Shown here in pieces: positions 55,060 to 64,000 of a stretch of 64,000 bases of DNA. A model generated the notes under the pieces. That model was not told the DNA's origin. It made no database searches and saw only the letters and a list, made by a program, of their open reading frames with translations. Source of the stretch: Octopus sinensis (taxonomy: Eukaryota); contig NC_042999.1 of assembly GCF_006345805.1 (NCBI RefSeq), positions 64,480,001 through 64,544,000 on the forward strand, given 5' to 3'. The first letter of the stretch is position 1. The number at the start of each line of letters is the position of its first letter. The translations under genes and the position numbers were made by a program.

Positions 55060-55349
55060 TTATTTATTTATGAGAATTCATTTGATTTAATGTACAGCAA
55101 CCCGTAGGACGCCAGAAATGACCCGCGTGGCTTAGTGACTAGTGTACTCGGCTCACAATCATAAGATCGTGAGTTCAATTTCCGGTGACACACCAGGCTG
55201 ATCACATAACGAGAAAATCTGACATAGCTTGAGGTAGATCCAGTTGGTTTCCTCGAACGTTTCCTCAACTACGTTGAGTGTTGGCTTCATCGCTTTGAAC
55301 CAGAGGCAACGAGAAATACACGCAGTGGAAACACCATTCCTCACCTGCT

Positions 55350-55866
55350 CCAAAAAAGGCCAAGGCTGTTTCAGCTGGAAGGAAGGTGATGGTGTCAGTC
55401 TTTTGAATTCAAAATACGTTGTATTTATTGACTATCTTCAAAAGGGCTACACCATCAATGGAAAGTACTATGCCAACTTGCTGAGGCAGTTATAAAAGAC
55501 TATCAAAACCAAACGCCAAGGGAAACTGAAGAAAGGGATCTAGTTCCATGAGAACTATGATCCAGCACACAAGTCTTTGGTTGCAATGTCTTCTGTGCGT
55601 GACTGTGTCTTTGTACTGGTTGATCAACCTCCCTGTTCTGATTTGGCACCATGTGGCTATCATATGTTCCCCAACATGAAAGGACACTTGGCCGGGAGTC
55701 AGTGTCGCATTGATAATGACGTCATATCCGCTGATGATATATCCACAAGTGTGAGTCATATCCATAAGTGTGTGGTGCGCAAAGGGAACTATGTTAGAAA
55801 ATAAACCTAATTGGTCACGTTCCATGAGTGTATCTTGGGCAGCTATGAACTATTCAGCCGATCCTC
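55350..55866 (+). mobile_element. Degenerate mariner transposase 3' fragment with right TIR
   Basis: VFIDYLQKGYTINGKYYANLLRQL ... PAHKSLVAM..VRDC..LVDQPPCSDLAPCGYHMFPNMKGHLAG with stops and frameshifts. Ends in gaactattcagccgatcctcg (TIR-like). Confidence 0.8.
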
Positions 55867-56520
55867 GCGCGCGCGCGTGTGTGTATGTGTGTGTGTTTCT
55901 GTCTTCATCATTAATAAAGCTACCACAAGACCAATACATAGTTAGACATTCATTCATAGTAGTTGTGTGCCAAACGTATATTCCTTTTATGACTTTCTAA
56001 TGAAGAAAAATCTCGGACGTTCGACCTGCTAGGAAATAAAAGCCAGATGTTCCTTCCATAAACATCCTACCCACTTAAAATGGAAGGCCACATTGACAAA
56101 TGTAGTCTGCGATAAAAGAATGGAATTGTCACGTCTGGAACGTCTTTGAAACTAAGTCTAAACGCTAATCTGCCAGCCCGAAAAATCACTCCGGCAAACA
56201 GTCCATCAATTCCAACGCCAATTCATCAACACCCCACCAATCAATACCACCACTCCAATAGTACTACCACTCCAATAACCCCACCCCACCATCCTACAAC
56301 TTTCCATACTATCGACGCCACCCCTGGCACAACCACCACCACCACCACCACCACCACCAAAACCCACCACCACCACCACCACCACCACCACTACCACCAC
56401 CACCACCACCAACAACAACATTAACTATGGCAGCAACTCTGTTATGTGGGGAATTCTTTGGTGTGAGACAGATGGGAAATAATATGCGACCTGGTGACTC
56501 TTCGGTGAAAGGAATCTCAC

Positions 56521-56608
56521 CTGTTCCACGTAGACCATTGTGGAACCTGCTGCGTGTAGTATAATTCCACTGAATATTATTAAAGGGATCATTGACGTTG
56601 TAGGGCAT
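56521..56608 (-). CDS. repo: Repo-like homeobox gene, probable exon 1 coding part (MPYNVNDPF...LRGT)
   Basis: Strong donor ACAG|gtgaga at 56521/56520 in phase 1, matching exon 2. ATG at 56608 has a purine at -3. The sequence is unique and non-repetitive. The frame stays open upstream to 56785, so the true start may differ. Confidence 0.6.
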
Positions 56609-57063
56609 TTCCTCCTTCCCGCGCTTTGTAGTTTCGAAGTGGGAATCAGTCAGCGCTGTCCAATTCCACTCTTGAGACTTGGAGGACTGACTACAGTGGT
56701 TCTGTGAGTGGAGGAGGCTTTGGTCACAGAAAACTTTAGGCTTTATACCGGAGTGGCCTTCTGTTAAGTGAATTGCTTTACAGAGCTAGAGAGCTCCATC
56801 AACCAAAGAGGCCGCCGGGGTAACTCCTTAGATGGGATAAAGAACTGGTTGGTATTGATTTGTGCCAGCAGTGTGTAAAGAGATTTTGAAAAGAGCCATC
56901 TTGGAATATAGTACTTTTGTACTGTCGTATTTTTCACGCCATCTCTAACAAGCAAACAAAATTGCCAAAATGGTTTGTGATGAAATTAATTAAACGAATA
57001 AGCAAATAATTGTAATATTAGAACATGCTGCCTTAGTCCATCATTAGCATTCAAATCTAACTG

Positions 57064-57080
57064 TATTTATAATACAATTA
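57064..57080 (-). promoter_or_regulatory. Candidate TATA box (TATAAATA) with adjacent CAATTA homeodomain site
   Basis: Minus-strand TATAAATA at 57071-57064, about 460 nt upstream of the putative ATG, in unique sequence. CAATTA at 57075-57080 and TAATTG at 57007-57012. These motifs are common in AT-rich DNA. Confidence 0.3.
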
Positions 57081-57504
57081 TCAGACGAGGGCGTTGACTG
57101 TACATCAAGAAGCTAACCACTGTCTAATTTCATATAGTTAATGAGGAAATTAACGCCATCAAACAAATAGTTAGTAATTACTTCTAATTTCTGTTCATTA
57201 ATAATCATTGGAATGTTTTAAAGAGTTATTTCGTTTTTGTAAAGCTGCAGATGTGAATAAATGCAGTTATATAACTAGGCATACAAGACTGGATTGTGAC
57301 ACAATGTCAATATGTACTTTACTTCAGAGCGGAGACAAAAGAATGTGATGTGTACGGCAAACATGCTTTCTTCGCAACAGCATCAATAATACTACTTCTA
57401 CTTTCAAATAGTTTCAACTGGGAACCAGATCCAGAGATGCAAACCCAGTTCTTCCGATACCTCTTTTACTCTTTTACTCTTTTATTGTTTCAGTCAGAGT
57501 AAGA

Positions 57505-57569
<65 letters not shown>

Positions 57570-58974
57570 GTATATCTTACCCTTCCCTCTCTATTCGTCT
57601 ATCTCTTTCTCTCTCTTTCTATCTCTTTCTCTGTTTCTCTGCCTGTCTGTCTCCTTACACACACGCGCACACGCACACACACACACGTATTATTATCAAC
57701 GATCAGTTGAGTGAGAAAGAGATTGGTGGCATAAGGCAGGAATTTTGAAATTTTCACATATAGAAAGGGCTTGTGCATTCGTGACCTCCAATCTATATAT
57801 TCGAAACTGGAGAAATATTCTGATGAAATAAGATCAGATCTGTCTTCATGATGGGATCCGGAAGTAGCAACGTTGGTGTTATTGCTTTAAAAACTAACAT
57901 TTCAATAGGAGTGTTACAAATGAACGTCTCTGACTAGCGGTTCATTAAGTTTTTAAAAATTGAAGTCAAATCTCTCTAGGTCACATTCTTTCGTCTTGGT
58001 ATATATATATATATATATATATATATCTATATATATATATATATAAATATATACATGTAACACGACGGGCTTCCATCTACCCAATCCACTCACAAGTCTT
58101 TGGTCGGCCCGAGGCTATAGTAGAAGACACTTGTCCCAGTGACTGAACCCGGAACTATGTGGATCGTAAGCAAGCTACTTACCACAGCCACTTCTACGCC
58201 TATATAGACCTATATATATATAATAGATATATATATATATATATTATATATATATGTGGGTGTGTGTGTGTGTGTGTGTGTGTGTGGCCTTTTCTTTCTT
58301 TCCTTCCTTGAGCGTCTTTTAATATTTTGCATGTACCACGTCCTCACGTTGTAATTTCTTGTGTTTTTTCTTCATATATAACAACAAGCAAGTTAGGGGT
58401 TCTGGAACCAATCCACTAAGGGATAATATTTATCCAATATGCTGTTGGTATAATACCCAAATTATTAATACACAAGTGCTTTTAATTGCAATGCAGTTAA
58501 CTTATTGTATTAGATGAGTGAAGGTAAAGAAATATTTTACCATTAATTTATAATGCAAATAAGAAAATGGAGAAACAATTTTGTTGGTTTATCAGCTTTA
58601 GGATATTAGAATGTTGACTTATTTATTTATTTAACAAAGCGAGAACCATAATAACATACATATATACATTAAAATTCAATACATATAAGATAGGAATACA
58701 ATTATAAAAACCTTAATATAAATTATTGGAATCATTAAAATCACTCTTACAGCTGTTTCAGCCAATGGAAAAAAAAGTAGTTTTCAGTGCCTGTAGTTGT
58801 CAATTATATTGAGGTTGTAAGCATTTAAAAATGGGGTACTTATATATAACCATGGGCCTCGTCAGAGATTATAGAGAACTTTCAAAATATAAATATATAC
58901 ATGAAACAGGATACACGTACAATTTAATATATATAAATATAAACATATATCCATATAAAAAAACGACACACACA

Positions 58975-59009
<35 letters not shown>

Positions 59010-59040
59010 CACACACACACAACACCACACAAAACACACA

Positions 59041-59084
<44 letters not shown>

Positions 59085-59275
59085 TTATATATTATATAAC
59101 ATAAGCAAAGTATATACACCTTTACATGTGTATAAATACATAAATAAGCACAATTAAACAACAGGTCCAAGCAAATAGACAATTCACCATATACATAAAT
59201 ACTGGAACATATATATACGTCCATGCTCATGACTACACAAGCAATATTTAATTATTATCATTATTATTATTATTG

Positions 59276-59728
59276 AGTGAGAGAGCAGTGCATGCCATCA
59301 AAGTGACACTGGGGTAAAATATACGAAGCCCAATATACCCATCATGACTACCCGTCTGATAAGGGTACACCAGGCACATGCATCACAACCATATGTGCGC
59401 GACATGGTGATCTCATATCAAGATAAACAGCACATGACCTGCAAGTGGGGCCCAGTTATAATTTCTTCAGGTTGAGTAGCCATCCTGCGCAAAAGGTCCC
59501 TGAATAAGGGTTTGTTTAAGGATGTTGAAAGAACCACCCATGTTTCCAGAGGTGAATTATTCAAACCCCAAAGAATCCCTCTCAACACATGGCTATGATG
59601 CTCCCCCACTACTTCTGCTCGTGATCAGAGATGCAACATATCGTCAGCACTAAGGGACATGCTCAACTGGTTAAGGTCAAGCAACTGACAAGCAAATCTG
59701 TGGTATTGAGCAGAATATTTGCTGTAGC
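59276..59728 (-). mobile_element. Interspersed repeat flanked by (TAA)n on both sides; probable 3' end of a TAA-targeting retroelement
   Basis: About 450 bp of complex sequence between (ATT)n runs at about 59250-59275 and 59729-59812. On the minus strand it ends directly in AATAAT repeats. No recognisable ORF. Confidence 0.45.
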
Positions 59729-59804
<76 letters not shown>

Positions 59805-60020
59805 ATTATTATTATATTTATCAATAATAACAATTTTATTAGATTTAGAGTAGTCTTCACTTCATAGTACATATTATAGTAGATTCCAGTATATCGTATA
59901 TTACGATACAATACAAAAATTTTTTCCGATAGATTTAATCTTATAAATTTTAAAACCACAGTCAATATAATATATATATATATGTATATATATGGTATAT
60001 ATATATTATAGATATAATAT

Positions 60021-60079
<59 letters not shown>

Positions 60080-60185
60080 ATATATATTATATTATATATA
60101 TAATATATATATATAACATACAGTTAAACCAGGTTGTTACAATATTTTTCTTCTTCATACACACAAGTCCTATATATTATATATA

Positions 60186-60264
<79 letters not shown>

Positions 60265-61497
60265 CATATATATTATGTGTGTATATGTTTATGTGTCTGT
60301 GTTTGTCCCCACCCCCCACCATCGCTTGACAACCAATGCTGGTATGTTTACGTTCCCGTAACTTATCGGTTCGGCAAAAGAGACCGATATAATAAGTACT
60401 AGGTTTACAAAGAATAAGTCCTGGGGTCGATTTGCTCAACTAAAGGCGGTGCTCCAGCATGGACACAGTCACATGACTGAAACAAGTAAAAGAATATATA
60501 TATATAAAGAAGCATTGGTTATAGAACAAACATTAAATTTCGGTGAACGACTTTGCATACAACACTAACCCTCAAACATTTAATCATATATAAAAAAAAC
60601 ACCATGGTCTACAAACACTTAAAAAATAATGCATATACATAAAATCACAGAATGTAAAAAATATATATACTAATAAAATATTAATAAAACGGCTTATCAA
60701 AAGTTAAATATAACGACTAAAAATTCAAAACTGTCAAAAAGCCTAATGGACAATATAAAATAAAGATAAAAATAAAATAAGTGTCCACCGACTAAAAAGA
60801 TTTTATCAGACGATTATAATATTTAAAAAAAATTATTTAAAAAAAAAAATGAAACAGTCTTTTACTTCTCTCACACAGGTACGTTCAAAGTTCTTATGTA
60901 AGCAGACTTCCACAGCTCGAATTCACATTCATCTTGAAAAAAGCCTTTTACTCCCCTCACACAAATACATTCAAAGTTCATAATAAACACATATCACCGG
61001 TCAAATTCAACATTTGCATATATCTATGGCCATTTTGGATGCTCACCACCGCAGTTCATTTACACTTAAGTGCATCACGGCGATGACCCCTTCATCAGGA
61101 TAAACATGAAACATGCACAGATCAGATCTTTTATGTGAATATGATTAATATTTTCTTAGTTCTGACTTAGTTTTTTATTAAGAGTTATCTTTGTTTTTCC
61201 ATTCAATTTGTTTTCTAAAATAAATTTCATTGGGCCCTAGGATTCATAATTCCAATTGTTCGATTTTCAACAACATATAAGTGACCGAGATTTAAACACT
61301 TCCCTAGAACGGGACGCCGGTTCATCGCAGGGTTACTTATTTACAGATGAGCAAACTAGAGGAACGCGAAATGAAGGGCTTCGTTCAAGAACACAACACA
61401 CCGACAAGGAAAATGCCATTTGTATTTGAACACTATACAAATATTTAAAAAAAAAACTTTTCTTTTAATTTTTCTAAATTTAATTATTTAATTGTTA

Positions 61498-61533
61498 CAG
61501 CTGAAAAAGTCTCAATGACTGAAACCGGTACTG
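61498..61533 (+). ncRNA. Degenerate minimal type I hammerhead ribozyme motif (Penelope-like relic)
   Basis: CAG-CTGAAAA-AGTC-TCAAT-GACT-GAAAC-CG-GTA-CTG. Stems I and II pair and stem III is the palindrome ACCGGT. The core has G8 replaced by A. Confidence 0.45.
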
Positions 61534-61703
61534 AAATATTTTTTATAAAATTATTTTAGCATTTTCTATCTTGACTGTTTTTTCCATATATATATATATA
61601 TATATATATTTATTATATAGAAGCTCCTTCTATATAATAAATTAATTTTACTCTGCTATGTATGAGTACCTTATTTACTGTGGTTAACCCCGAATCAACC
61701 GGG

Positions 61704-61794
<91 letters not shown>

Positions 61795-62752
61795 GATACT
61801 GGTTACTTATATTCTTATATGGTTACCTATAGTTCTTCGATGTTTAAACTCCAGGAATAAGTGACCAGTTTCGCCGCAGATACATTGTTTAGAATAAAAT
61901 CAATTGTTTGCGTAAATTTAAACTTAAATGCTAATTTAAGGCCATAATTACAAAATCATTCTCATTAAGGCTCAAATTAAACTATAATTACTTCAAATGT
62001 GAAACATTTGGTATAAGATTCATTGATTTAAACGAGAGGAAATAGCTTTTACACAAAGAGGTTTAGTACAGAAGCAGTAAAGGTTATGTTTTTGCGAAGT
62101 ATCATTTAAGGTTTCGGGTTGAGTCCTGTCTTGCAGTAATTTAGGTAACTAAATATAATTTTCAAATTATATCTTCGGCCTGTTAACGCGGGATTCATTA
62201 ACGACTATGAGTAGCTAGATGAGTACCTCTCGTTGAGTAATTATTACATCAGAGGATCTTCTAGCCAGGAGACATATGTAGCCTGGATTTTACCTGTCCC
62301 ACTCCCTCAATTTGGATTTTTATTCGCATTTATAGCAAGTCAAGTTGCAAACCGTGAGCTATAAAAATAAACACAATCTTTCAGCTTATCGATCTTCGAT
62401 ATGGGAAATGGCTACTACCTTCGACGCCAATGAATTTTTATTGTTCCTGAACGTTACTTTTTATACCTGTCATGGACTGCTCGAAGCTTACAAACATCCT
62501 GCGCTTACACCCTTGGATCTTATAATTACACACACACATACGCACGCACATTTATATACATACATACACATACATACATACATACATACATACATACATA
62601 CATACATACATACATACATGTGTACACACTCGAAGCGACAAGTCGCGTATTTGGCGTGGTGGAGGGGACTATCTATCGAAAATAGGATGAATACTATCTC
62701 CAACTTTGGGGCCACAACTATCAGCCTTGTTAAATAACTGGTTAATCTTCAG

Positions 62753-63155
62753 ATGAATCAACTGAGGGAGCCTTTCATTCATGATCGTAGTGATTTTCGA
62801 CTGAAACTTGAATTTACTATGCAGAGAGTTACTACAAACAACATGGCTGGACACAATATCTACAACAACTCGATCGAGGAACAGAACGAAAACAACAGCT
62901 CAACGGGTAAACAATTTCTTTCTAGCTGTAGTCATAGAAGAAACAGTGATTACAAAATTCATTTCTCGTGGAATTATGAATTAAATAATGATCTATTTAA
63001 CTGCTATGAAGAAACGAAACAAAACTCTGCTGTTGGCTATATGAATCGATTGAAATCATATTGGGACGATCTGCGCCCAGAATTAAATCTTTTTACTGTG
63101 AAGCAACTTTACCAACAAGCAACATTTGTAGAACATAAGAAGAAAGTTAGTGACT
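62753..63155 (+). pseudogene. Probable N-terminal ORF fragment of an R4/Dong-like retrotransposon
   Basis: WNYELNNDLFNCY...GYMNRLKSYWDDLRPE...TVKQLYQQA resembles the recalled N-terminal motif of R4-clade ORFs. Interrupted by a SINE at about 63155. Confidence 0.55.
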
Positions 63156-64000
63156 TTTAGTGACTTTGCCTTTCATCCTTTCGGAGTCGATGGAAAAAGA
63201 AGAAAAAAAGGTATTAGTCGAGCACTGGGGGTCAATGTAATAGACTAGTTTCCTAGTCTCCAAAACTTCAGGCCTTGTGCCTACAGTAGAAAGGATGCTC
63301 CTCCTCCTCCTCGTCCTCCCCCTCGTCCTCCCCTCTTCCTCCTCCTCTTCCTCCTCCTCCTCCTCCCCTCCCCACCTCCTCATCTCTGTAGACCTGAGCG
63401 GCAAGAGCAACAAAAGTATTCATTGTGTATTAGCTGGACTAATTGAGGAAATGAATAACAACAATTAGCAACCGTTTCAGCAAGCTAACGAGCTACACAA
63501 TATAACTCGATTACTTCATAAATTAATACGTAAATTAATAGGCTAGGATATCGCCATTAAGATAATCTACTTGAAAATGTCACAGATAATGTATCTTACA
63601 ATACGACTGAAGTCTTTTTTTCATGTGGTAGCAGTATAAGTGTTCATACCACCACCACCACCACTAATTTCTAATCTAGGCACAAGGCCACACATTTTGA
63701 TGATTGAAGGGGTACGTAGCAGATTAAAACGATTTCCTTATTTGACTTGGTATTTATTTTGAGCAATCCCTGAAGAATGAAAGGAAAAGCTGACCTCTGT
63801 GGAATTGAATTAAGAATGAAAAGGGAGGTAATTAAATAATGCAGCCTATTTCGTTAGTCCTTTACACATTCTATCATCGGTCGCTATGCAATTAATGATC
63901 CTTTTAACAATAGGCACAAGAGTTGAAATTCCGGGGCAAGTGACTGTCGATTACAGCGACTCCGAAGAATGAGAGTCGATCGCATTTTGCACGGCGTGCT

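Noticed and set aside
55159-55353. Short minus-strand ORF resembling an RT motif (GVSTACISRCLWF)
   Set aside because: The similarity is too weak, and the ORF sits between a SINE head and a mariner relic.
56309-56520. Read-through of exon 1 into a Gly/Val/Trp-rich ORF
   Set aside because: This lies beyond a strong donor and is encoded by a (GGT)n microsatellite.

Overview
AT-rich, microsatellite-saturated eukaryotic DNA. The SINE, LINE, Helitron and mariner content is typical of a coleoid cephalopod, most likely Octopus (inference). One host gene spans most of the window on the minus strand: a five-exon paired-like (Q50) homeobox gene. Its homeodomain ([46 protein letters not shown]|VWFQNRRAKWRKKETPRK) carries the [14 protein letters not shown]...LSESRVQ...WRKxExPRK signature of Repo (reversed polarity, the insect glial determinant). 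Exons 56521-56608, 46159-46249, 33662-33785, 13269-13341 and 7461-8017 all have GT-AG boundaries with matching phases and give 933 nt / 310 aa over about 49 kb. The 5' end is uncertain. The ORF track misses the homeodomain core (exons 3-4). The rest is repeats: a Dong/R4 LINE inside a (TAA)n array, a twin-primed RTE LINE, a CR1 nested in a Helitron end, non-autonomous Helitrons, mariner and MITE relics, three or more tRNA-derived SINE families and degenerate Penelope-type hammerhead motifs. The most unusual structure is a set of head-to-tail SINE multimers at five loci. Four of them share an identical palindromic junction (GAAATA-GG-TATTTC), which suggests self-targeted insertion or a circular/rolling intermediate. 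Family names come from recalled motifs, not from searches.
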